NCBI GenBank assembly: GCA_949283145.1
Contig: CASDRL010000011.1
Coordinates: forward strand, 1,142-65,141
DNA: 64,000 nucleotides
From: an uncultured Clostridia bacterium
Lineage (GTDB): Bacteria > Bacillota > Clostridia > Christensenellales > CAG-917
Reading direction: 5' to 3'
In this document: piece by piece, positions 37,825 through 45,870 of the stretch
Layout: every line of letters starts with the position of its first letter
How positions within the stretch are numbered: the stretch's first letter is position 1
Program-made: the position numbers and the translations under genes
The notes under the pieces: generated by a model
What the model was told of the DNA's origin: nothing
Databases searched by the model: none
Seen by the model: only the letters and a program-made list of their open reading frames with translations

Positions 37825-39488
37825 TGCCCCACAACGCGGAAGCGGAAGAGGCGCTGCTCGGTTCCATCCTCATCGACACCCGCACGGCGGATCAGCTCGT
37901 GCCGTCTCTCCGCGCGGAGGACTTTTACAGCACGGCGAACCGCACCGTCTTTGCCGCGATGCGCTCCCTTTTGGACGAGAGCGTCGTGGTGGACGTTGTG
38001 TCCGTCGCGGACAGGCTCATGCTGGAGGGCAAGCTGGACGAAGTGGGCGGCATGGATTATCTCGCCTCCCTCACCGAGAGCATCCCTTCCTCGGCGGGCG
38101 CGGATCACTATGCGGACATCGTCAAGCGCGACGCGCTCATCCGTCGTGTCATCACGGCGGGCAACAACATCGTGCAGGAAGGGTACAAGTCCGTGAGCGG
38201 CACGGACGCGCTGCTCAATGCCGAGAAGGAGATCTATTCCATCTCCGAAGACATCACCGAAAAGGATCTTGTGCACGCCGCCGACGCTCTCGGCGACGTG
38301 ATGAAGAGCATACAGGACGCGCAGGCGGGCGTTGCCAAGCCGGACGCGATCTTCACCGATTTTCCCTCGCTGGACAGGATGTCGCACGGTTTCAAGCCGG
38401 GCGAACTCATCCTCATCGCGGCGCGCCCCTCCGTGGGCAAGACGGCGTTTGCGCTCAACCTCGCCGCCAACGCCTGCCTCAAACACGACAAGACGGTGGC
38501 GGTCTTCTCCCTCGAGATGCCCGCGCAGCTTCTGGTCAAACGTATGCTCGCGCACGTCTCGGGCTGTTCCCTCTCGCTGATGGACTCGGTGGGCGGGCTG
38601 TCCGGCCCCGCCACGGGCAAGCTCTACGACGCCTACCGCAGGCTGCTTTCCGCAAAACTTTTCATTGACGACTATTCCATGAACACCCCCGTGGACGTGC
38701 TCTCCAAGTGCCGCAGGCTGAAACGCGACCAGGGGCTCGACCTCATCATCATCGACTATCTCCAGCTCATGACCGCAGGCGGCAGCGGCAGATCGAACGA
38801 GAGCAGACAGGTCGAGGTCAGTGAGATGTCCAGGAGTATGAAGGTGTACGCCAAGGAGCTCGGCGTCCCCGTCATCCTGCTTTCGCAGATGTCCCGAGGC
38901 GTGGATCAGCGCCCCGACCACATGCCCAAACTCAGCGACCTCAGAGAGTCCGGCGCCATCGAACAGGACGCGGATATGGTCATGTTCCTGCACCGCGCGA
39001 GCAAATACGATCCCACTGTTCCCGAGGATCTCGTCCAGCTCATCGTGGGCAAGAACCGCAACGGCGAGACGGGTGAGGTGGAACTGCAATGGGAAGGCTC
39101 CACCACCACATTCCGCGAGTGCGTCCCCGGCGACCGCCGCACCGAAAACGGCGGAGCGCCCCGTCCCGAATACCGCGCGCCAGCAGCGGAAGTCGCAAAA
39201 GAGAGCGCGGATGAAGACGACGATGTGTTCGTGAAGGAGGAGACGGAGACGGACAACGGGCTCTTGCCTTTCTCCAAGACGAGCGAGGACATCCCGCCCT
39301 TTGACGCGGACGGACCGGGATCGGACGCGGACGCCGCTCCCGCCGAAGAGTTTTCCGAGGCGGAGGAGGAGCTTGCGGATGCGGAGTATAAGGAAGAGTA
39401 CGAGGACGAAGAGTACGCCGACATGACGGAGGACGACGAGTTCGAGGACGAGCTCGACGACGAAGGCGGGGAAGACCTCCCCTTCTGA
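37791..39488 (+). CDS. dnaB: Replicative DNA helicase DnaB with long acidic C-terminal extension
   Basis: Trimmed to ATG 37791 (GAGGAG upstream). PHNAEAEEALLGSIL N-terminus, Walker A ARPSVGKT, DYLQLM, RESGAIEQDAD. Carries about 120 extra D/E-rich residues. Confidence 0.9.
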   Translation: MPEKQKQTYRVMPHNAEAEEALLGSILIDTRTADQLVPSLRAEDFYSTANRTVFAAMRSLLDESVVVDVVSVADRLMLEGKLDEVGGMDYLASLTESIPSSAGADHYADIVKRDALIRRVITAGNNIVQEGYKSVSGTDALLNAEKEIYSISEDITEKDLVHAADALGDVMKSIQDAQAGVAKPDAIFTDFPSLDRMSHGFKPGELILIAARPSVGKTAFALNLAANACLKHDKTVAVFSLEMPAQLLVKRMLAHVSGCSLSLMDSVGGLSGPATGKLYDAYRRLLSAKLFIDDYSMNTPVDVLSKCRRLKRDQGLDLIIIDYLQLMTAGGSGRSNESRQVEVSEMSRSMKVYAKELGVPVILLSQMSRGVDQRPDHMPKLSDLRESGAIEQDADMVMFLHRASKYDPTVPEDLVQLIVGKNRNGETGEVELQWEGSTTTFRECVPGDRRTENGGAPRPEYRAPAAEVAKESADEDDDVFVKEETETDNGLLPFSKTSEDIPPFDADGPGSDADAAPAEEFSEAEEELADAEYKEEYEDEEYADMTEDDEFEDELDDEGGEDLPF

Positions 39489-39525
39489 CAAGGCAGCCGC
39501 GGAAGCGGCGCGAGAAAGCATTTAA

Positions 39526-39548
39526 GGCGGCGCTTTGCGCCGCTTTTC
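39526..39548 (+). terminator. Intrinsic terminator after dnaB
   Basis: gcggcgc/gcgccgc stem followed by tttt. Confidence 0.55.
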
Positions 39549-39701
39549 ATATGCGTTCGGATCAGCTCCGAAACGCCGGGAGATGCGGTATTGCCTGAGC
39601 AAATATATTCATAAAAGGCAAGTTTATCATTTCGTTTTGTCACATAAACGCGCAGTTCCGTGATCATACATATCAGCGGGCACGGCGGCATATTTTGGAA
39701 T

Positions 39702-39965
39702 ATGTTTCTTGAAGACGTCCTTTCCAAACTGAAAGCGGACACTGCCGCCGCGCCTTTTACGGCGGCAGTGCTCGGGCAGGCGGGCGTATCCCTGACCGGG
39801 GTGCGCGGCATGGTCTTTTTTTCGGAGGAAGAGGTCCGGGTGCGCGTGAAGGGCGGCGCCGTCACCGTGAAGGGGGAGGGACTCCGCATTGCGGAAATGG
39901 GTGGCGGAGACGTCCTTGTGAGCGGAGTGGTCGCGGGGGTGGAAATTGACAGAGATCGCGGATGA
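39702..39965 (+). CDS. yqfC: YqfC/YabP-family sporulation protein
   Basis: 88 aa from ATG 39702. The pattern ...SLTGVRGMVFFSEEEVRVRVKGGAVTVKGEGLRIAEM...VSGVVAGVEI resembles YqfC, and it lies directly upstream of a yqfD-like gene. Confidence 0.6.
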   Translation: MFLEDVLSKLKADTAAAPFTAAVLGQAGVSLTGVRGMVFFSEEEVRVRVKGGAVTVKGEGLRIAEMGGGDVLVSGVVAGVEIDRDRG

Positions 39966-41088
39966 GAGAGGGGGACGGCGCGCGGCGGGGAGATCCCGTC
40001 CGCTGCCTTTTTCGCGCACGGTGTTCGAGGTGGAGAGAAGGGACGCCGGCAGGGTGTTTTCCGCGGTGTCGGAGGTGACTCGGCTGCGTGCGGAGAGAGG
40101 AGGAGCGGGCGTGCGCTTTTCCGTGCCCGCGGCGGACAGATCAAAGGTTGTTGCAATATGCACATCCTTATGCTATAATTACAAAATAATAAAAGAGAAA
40201 GGTCCGTTGCTTTTTGCGGCGCAGGCGGCGGGACGGGCGGGCATCGTTTTGGGCACTGTCGCGGCGGCAGTTCTTGCGGCGGTGTATCCGATGTTCGTCA
40301 TCCGCGTCGAGTATACGGGCGACCTCATCGACGGCGTCGCCGAGACCGTGGAAAGGAGCGGCGTGTGCGAGTGGACTTTTCTCCCGGGGCTGGATTGCGA
40401 GGCTTTGGAGAGGGAACTGCTCGCGCTGGACGGGGTGGCGTTTGCCGCTGTGACGCGGCGGGGCACGCGCGTGTATGTGGACGTGCGCGCAGAGCGGCAC
40501 GAAGACGGGATCTTAGGCATCCCGGCGGGGAACGTCACGGCGAAAGTTTCCGCGTCCGTCACACGGGTCATAGTGCGGCAGGGTACGGCGGAAGTGTCAT
40601 ACGGCGACATCGTGCGCGAGGGCGACGTGCTCATCGGCGCGTACGTGATCTCCGGCGAGGAGAAAGTCCCGTGCGCCGCGGACGGCGAGGTATACGGGTT
40701 GGTGAGCCGCACCTATACGCGGTTTTTCCCTGACACCGTGCTCGAAAAGCGGTTCGGCAGGGTGGAGCGCGTGTCGCGGATCTCCTTCGGCGGCAGGGTG
40801 CCGGAGACTCCGGAGAGCCCTTTCGAGAACTGCATAGTGGAGACGGAAGCCGTGCGCAACGGGTTCCTCCTGGGATACACGCTCTACACGTTCACTTTCC
40901 GTGAAGTGCTTGTGCGGGAGAGTGAGAACACGCTTTCCGCCGAAGAGATGGAGAAGGAGGCGTCGCTCGACGCTGTCGGGGGGCTGCCGCCGGGAGCGGA
41001 GATATTGAGCGTGACGGCTCGGACAAGAAAGACGGACGGCGGCACCGTGGTGACGGTCGCCGTGCAAACGGAAGAAAGGATAGACTGA
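39946..41088 (+). CDS. yqfD: YqfD-like sporulation protein
   Basis: 380 aa with a central TM (IVLGTVAAAVLAAVYPMFVI). Conserved position between yqfC and phoH. The TTG start is uncertain. Confidence 0.6.
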   Translation: MTEIADERGGRRAAGRSRPLPFSRTVFEVERRDAGRVFSAVSEVTRLRAERGGAGVRFSVPAADRSKVVAICTSLCYNYKIIKEKGPLLFAAQAAGRAGIVLGTVAAAVLAAVYPMFVIRVEYTGDLIDGVAETVERSGVCEWTFLPGLDCEALERELLALDGVAFAAVTRRGTRVYVDVRAERHEDGILGIPAGNVTAKVSASVTRVIVRQGTAEVSYGDIVREGDVLIGAYVISGEEKVPCAADGEVYGLVSRTYTRFFPDTVLEKRFGRVERVSRISFGGRVPETPESPFENCIVETEAVRNGFLLGYTLYTFTFREVLVRESENTLSAEEMEKEASLDAVGGLPPGAEILSVTARTRKTDGGTVVTVAVQTEERID

Positions 41089-42120
41089 ATGAGGATCTCA
41101 AAGGAGAAAAAGGTCAACGACTATGAGGCTTTCCGCCAGCTGTTCGGCGGGCTGGACACCAATGTCCGTCTGTTGGAGGAAGAGTTCGGCGTGAGCGTGT
41201 TCACGGGCGCGGAGTCTCTCAGGATCACGGGCGAAAAGGGGGATGTCGAGAGCGCGGCTGAGGCGATCGACGCCCTTGTGGCTCTCTCTGAAAAGGAGCC
41301 GCTCGGTCCGCAGCAGATCGCGGCGGTGGTGGACATGGTGCGCCGCGGAAAGGGGCACAGCGTCAAAGATCTCATGTCCTGCGTGACCGTGGGCAGGGGC
41401 AAGACCGTCTATCCTAAGAGCATAGGGCAGAGGCTCTACTGCGACGCAATCAGGGAGAATTCCGTGACCTTCGGCATCGGACCCGCGGGCACGGGCAAGA
41501 CCTATCTCGCCGTCGCGCTCGCGGTGGACGCGCTCAAAAACCACGAGGTTGACAAGATCATCCTCACCCGTCCTGCGGTGGAAGCGGGGGAGAAACTCGG
41601 TTTTCTGCCGGGAGACCTCGCGGACAAGGTGGACCCCTATCTCCGTCCCCTCTATGACGCCCTCGAAGAATTGATGGGCGGCAGCGAGAGTTATCTGAAA
41701 AACATCGAACGCGGACTTGTGGAGATCGCGCCCCTCGCGTATATGCGCGGCAGGACGCTCAACAGAAGTTTCATCATACTCGACGAGGCGCAGAACACCA
41801 CGAAGGAACAGATGAAGATGTTCCTCACCCGTCTCGGAGAGGGGAGCAAAATGGTGGTGACGGGCGACGACACGCAGGTCGATCTCCCGCGCAACGTGAC
41901 GAGCGGGCTCATCCATGCCGAAAAGGTGCTGCAAGGCGTCAAAGGCGTCGCCGTCGTGCGGCTGGAATATTGCGACGTCGTGCGCCACGAATTGGTGAGC
42001 CGCATCATCCGCGCATATGACAGGTTCGAGCGCGCGGAAGCGGAAAGAAGAGACCGCGCCGCAGAGAAGAGCGGAGCGGAAAGCATTGCCGAAGAGGAAA
42101 GATATGATCAAGAAGACTGA
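41089..42120 (+). CDS. phoH: PhoH family ATPase
   Basis: 343 aa; Walker A GPAGTGKTYLAVA; DEAQN Walker B. Confidence 0.9.
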   Translation: MRISKEKKVNDYEAFRQLFGGLDTNVRLLEEEFGVSVFTGAESLRITGEKGDVESAAEAIDALVALSEKEPLGPQQIAAVVDMVRRGKGHSVKDLMSCVTVGRGKTVYPKSIGQRLYCDAIRENSVTFGIGPAGTGKTYLAVALAVDALKNHEVDKIILTRPAVEAGEKLGFLPGDLADKVDPYLRPLYDALEELMGGSESYLKNIERGLVEIAPLAYMRGRTLNRSFIILDEAQNTTKEQMKMFLTRLGEGSKMVVTGDDTQVDLPRNVTSGLIHAEKVLQGVKGVAVVRLEYCDVVRHELVSRIIRAYDRFERAEAERRDRAAEKSGAESIAEEERYDQED

Positions 42121-43576
42121 ATATCTGACCACAGCGCAAAAGGTCAAACTCGCGAAGCGCCGCAAATTTGCGGTGGATTTTGCAAAGGTATACCCGCCGT
42201 GTTTTCTGGTGACGGGCGTAGTGACGCTTTTCGCCATATTCATGACGGGCGATTTTTACGGAGCGTTCACAGAGGAGAGCGCGGCGGCAACGGCGGGCGT
42301 CTTTGTCATACACGAAGTGCTGGCGGGCTTTCTGATCGCGTCGGCGTACGCGTCCGCGGAAGACGCGCGGTTCCCTCTGCGTGAGGTGCTGCTTTCCTTC
42401 GTGATGACGGTCATCACCTACATCGCGTGTCTCGCGACGGCAAAATTCCTCAGCGTGTTCGCGCTGCCTGTCTGTCTTGCCGCGCTGGTGCTCACCGAGC
42501 TTTCCAACCGCAGGACATCCTCGATCACCTCGCTCGTCATCGTCGCGATGCTGCTCGTCTCATTCATCAGAGGAGAGTATTATCCGGACACCATGCTCCC
42601 GGAGGTCATCCTTGCGGTGGTGGGCAACTTTGCGGCGGCTCTTGCGGTCAATATGCTGGTGGACAAGCATCTTGCGCGTCTGCCTTTCATACTCGCCGCG
42701 CTCGGGGCGTCCGCACTCGGGATCCTGGTCGTGCTTGCGGGCACGCTGGTCATGGGCGACATCAGCATCAATCTGCTTTACAACGTGCTGTGGTCGTACG
42801 GCGCGTCCGTGGGCGCGGTGCTCGTCTTTACGCCCATCGTAGCCATCCTGGAAGGGGTGTTCAACATCGCGGACGATTTCAGGCTCAACGAACTCACCAA
42901 CCTCAATCAGCCGTTGCTCAAACGGCTCGCGAGCGAGGCGCCGGGCACCTTCAACCATTCCCTGGTGGTGGGCAACCTCTCCGAGGCGTGCGCGGGTGCG
43001 ATCGGCGAGAATCCGCATATGGCGAGAGCGGCGGCGTACTATCACGACATCGGCAAGCTCAAAGCCCCCGTGTACTTTTCGGAGAACCAGACGGGCTACA
43101 ACCCTCACGACGAGCTCATCCCGGAAGTCAGCGTGAGTATGATCACTTCGCATACGGTGTTCGGCGAGATCCTTGCCAAACAATACCGCCTGCCGCCCGA
43201 GATCGTCGCCGTCTGCCGCGAGCACCACGGCACTTCTCCCGTGGGATATTTCTACCGCAAGGCGCTCAATCTCAAAGAGGAAGGGGATCTTTCCGTCAGC
43301 AATTACACCTATCCCGGTCCCAAACCGCAGACCAAGATCGCGGCGATCGTCATGATCGCGGACACGGTTGAGGCGGCGTGCAGGGCGTATATGCCCGACA
43401 CCAAAGAGGAGTTTGTGGAAAGGGTGAACAAACTTGTGGACGAGAAGCTGCAGCTCGGTCAGTTCGACGAGTGCCCCATCACAATGAACGATCTTTCCGT
43501 CATCAAGACCACCATCATCGAGACCTTGCCGCAGGTGCAGCACGGACGAGTCTCCTACGAGAAAAAGAAGGCATGA
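42104..43576 (+). CDS. 7TM-HD (HDIG) membrane phosphohydrolase, YqfF/PgpH-like
   Basis: Trimmed to ATG 42104. Multi-TM N-terminal half; HD domain motifs HSLVVGNL and YYHDIGK. Confidence 0.8.
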   Translation: MIKKTEYLTTAQKVKLAKRRKFAVDFAKVYPPCFLVTGVVTLFAIFMTGDFYGAFTEESAAATAGVFVIHEVLAGFLIASAYASAEDARFPLREVLLSFVMTVITYIACLATAKFLSVFALPVCLAALVLTELSNRRTSSITSLVIVAMLLVSFIRGEYYPDTMLPEVILAVVGNFAAALAVNMLVDKHLARLPFILAALGASALGILVVLAGTLVMGDISINLLYNVLWSYGASVGAVLVFTPIVAILEGVFNIADDFRLNELTNLNQPLLKRLASEAPGTFNHSLVVGNLSEACAGAIGENPHMARAAAYYHDIGKLKAPVYFSENQTGYNPHDELIPEVSVSMITSHTVFGEILAKQYRLPPEIVAVCREHHGTSPVGYFYRKALNLKEEGDLSVSNYTYPGPKPQTKIAAIVMIADTVEAACRAYMPDTKEEFVERVNKLVDEKLQLGQFDECPITMNDLSVIKTTIIETLPQVQHGRVSYEKKKA

Positions 43577-44040
43577 TAGAGTTCACCGGCGCGCGATTTT
43601 CGGAAAGGCGGCTCATAAGAAAAGTGGAGAGAGCGGTCTATGAAGTCCTCGGTCAGGAGGATATCTTCACGGTGGATCTCGCGGTGACGGACGGCGAGAC
43701 GGTGAGGGAATACAACCGCGAAACGAGAGGTGTGGACGCGGAGACGGACGTCCTTTCTTTCCCATATTTCGAGGGGCTGAAACTTCCCGTCGGAGCGGAG
43801 GATTTCAGCGACGAGGCGTTCGACGGCAGACGGGTGGCTCTGGGCAGCATCATGATATCCTCGCCGCGGGCGCATTTGCAGGCGGAGGAGTACGGGCACT
43901 CTTATGAGCGCGAACTCGGCTTTCTCGCCTGCCACGGGCTGCTGCATCTTCTGGGGTTCGATCACATCGAGCCCGAGGACGAAAAGCATATGCTCGCCGT
44001 CACGAAACGGATCATGGACAAGGTCGGGCTCTCCCGATAA
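43573..44040 (+). CDS. ybeY: rRNA maturation endoribonuclease YbeY
   Basis: Trimmed to ATG 43573; zinc motif HGLLHLLGFDH. Confidence 0.9.
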   Translation: MIEFTGARFSERRLIRKVERAVYEVLGQEDIFTVDLAVTDGETVREYNRETRGVDAETDVLSFPYFEGLKLPVGAEDFSDEAFDGRRVALGSIMISSPRAHLQAEEYGHSYERELGFLACHGLLHLLGFDHIEPEDEKHMLAVTKRIMDKVGLSR

Positions 44041-44095
44041 ACGCATGAGGGCGCGGACGGCGCACAAATAACGGACAAAGGAAATAATCGCACAA

Positions 44096-44992
44096 ATGAA
44101 ATCAGGCTTTATTTGCATAGCGGGGATGCCGAATGCGGGCAAATCCACCCTCATAAACGCGCTGGTCGGCGAGAAGGTCGCCATCGTTTCCTGGCGCCCG
44201 CAGACGACGCGCAACAAGATCCTGGGTGTGGTCAACACCGATGACGCGCAGATCGTATTCATCGACACTCCCGGCATACATCAGGCGAAAAACAAGCTCG
44301 GCAAATATATGATGCAGTCCGTGGCAAGCGGGCTCAAAGACGTCGACGGCGTCATCTATGTGCTGGACGCGGCGAAGGGCGTGCGCGAAGAGGACGAGCA
44401 TTTCCTCACCGAAAAAGCGGCGGGACGCAACGTCGTCGTCGCGCTCAACAAACAGGACGCCGTGACGAGAGAGACGCTCTTCTCCGTGTTGGAGAGGCTC
44501 AACGCTTTCGGCGGGGTGAAAGCCGTCGTCCCGATCTCCGCAAAAAAGGGGGAGAATCTCGAGCCCCTGCTCGCCGAAGTCGGCAAATTTCTCCCCGAGG
44601 GTGAGAAGATGTATCCCGACGACATGTATACGGACAGGACGATGCGTTTCATGGCGGCGGAGATCATCCGCGAGAAGGCGCTATATCTTCTGGACAAGGA
44701 AGTGCCCTACGGCATAGGTGTGCACATCAACAAATTCGAGCTCCGCGAGGACAAGCCCATCTATGACATCGATGCCGACGTGGTGTGCGAAAAACAGTCC
44801 CACAAAGCCATCGTCATAGGCAAGGGCGGCGAGATGCTGAAAAGGATCTCCACCGCCGCCCGTCAGGACCTCGAAGAACTCACCGGGTGCAAAGTCTTCC
44901 TCACCCTCTATGTCAGGGTCAAGGCAGAGTGGCGGGACAGCGACTATCTCATGCGTGAGCTGGGCTACGACGTCAAGGATCTGAAAGATTAG
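44096..44992 (+). CDS. era: GTPase Era
   Basis: 298 aa; G1 GMPNAGKST, G3 DTPG, NKQD, KH domain at the C-terminus. Confidence 0.93.
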   Translation: MKSGFICIAGMPNAGKSTLINALVGEKVAIVSWRPQTTRNKILGVVNTDDAQIVFIDTPGIHQAKNKLGKYMMQSVASGLKDVDGVIYVLDAAKGVREEDEHFLTEKAAGRNVVVALNKQDAVTRETLFSVLERLNAFGGVKAVVPISAKKGENLEPLLAEVGKFLPEGEKMYPDDMYTDRTMRFMAAEIIREKALYLLDKEVPYGIGVHINKFELREDKPIYDIDADVVCEKQSHKAIVIGKGGEMLKRISTAARQDLEELTGCKVFLTLYVRVKAEWRDSDYLMRELGYDVKDLKD

Positions 44993-45077
44993 CACAAAAG
45001 CGCGGTTCACGGTGCGGAAAAGCACGATGAACGCCGTGTTGAGGTGAAAGTATCAAAACCCATCGGCAGCGCAGACT

Positions 45078-45221
45078 ATGCGTATGCTGAAAAAGAAAGA
45101 ACTGTGGCAGTTGTTTGAAAGGAGCGGGCGGATAGAGTTTTACAACGCATACCGCGCGCTCGGAGAAGAGGAACATGGACAAGAAAGTGAAAGCGATAGT
45201 GACGAGGGCGGTGCCGTATAG
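45078..45221 (+). CDS. YqzL-like small protein (not in the ORF track, <60 aa)
   Basis: My translation is MRMLKKKELWQLFERSGRIEFYNAYRALGEEEHGQESESDSDEGGAV. It occupies the era-recO gap where yqzL sits in Bacillus, and its 3' end overlaps the recO start by 47 nt. Confidence 0.5.
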   Translation: MRMLKKKELWQLFERSGRIEFYNAYRALGEEEHGQESESDSDEGGAV

Positions 45222-45870
45222 GGACTCCGACATGGTGCTCACTCTCGTCTCCCTCGAAGAGGGCAGGCTCACGGCGTCGGCGAGGGGGTGTCTGAAACCC
45301 CGCGCCAAACTGCGCTTTGCAGCCGAGCCCATGAATTTCGGGGAATATATGCTTTCCGGAAAGGGGGACAGATACATAGTTACGGACTGCGTTCAGTACG
45401 ATTCCTTTTCCCCCGTGACGGCGGACATCGACAGTTTTTATGCCGCCTGTATGATCCTCGAACTTCTCTCCCGTCTTTCTCCCGAGCCGCAGCCGGAGAT
45501 CTTTCTTGCGGCGATAAAGGAGCTCAAAGCCCTCGCTTACGAAGGCAAGCACGGGCGCGATTCCGCGTGCGATTTTATGCTTGCCGCACTTTCCGCGGGC
45601 GGCAACGGGCTGGATTTTTCCGTGTGTTCCGACTGCGGGTGCCTGCTTGACGGCGACGCCGCGTTTTCGGAATCCGGAGGGATAATGTGCACGCATTGCG
45701 CGCCGTGGGACGCCATCAAGGTGGACGCCGCGTCGCGCGCGTATATAGCCGGGGAGTCGCGAGACGTACCCGACGCGATAAAAACAAGGGCAGACAGGCT
45801 GCTTGCCGACTTCCTCTACCGCATGCAGGGGGTGCGTCCGGACAGCGCCTATTTTAAGGAGCAGGAATGA
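45175..45870 (+). CDS. recO: DNA repair protein RecO
   Basis: 231 aa; OB-fold N-terminus (AIVTRAVPYRDSDMVLTLVS) and a Cys4 zinc motif (CSDCG...CTHC). Confidence 0.85.
   Translation: MDKKVKAIVTRAVPYRDSDMVLTLVSLEEGRLTASARGCLKPRAKLRFAAEPMNFGEYMLSGKGDRYIVTDCVQYDSFSPVTADIDSFYAACMILELLSRLSPEPQPEIFLAAIKELKALAYEGKHGRDSACDFMLAALSAGGNGLDFSVCSDCGCLLDGDAAFSESGGIMCTHCAPWDAIKVDAASRAYIAGESRDVPDAIKTRADRLLADFLYRMQGVRPDSAYFKEQE

Noticed and set aside
39620-39701. A possible sigma-E-type sporulation promoter (CACATAA...CATACATA) upstream of yqfC.
   Set aside because: Both hexamer-like elements deviate from the consensus and the spacing is ambiguous. By-eye evidence is too weak to list it as a feature.
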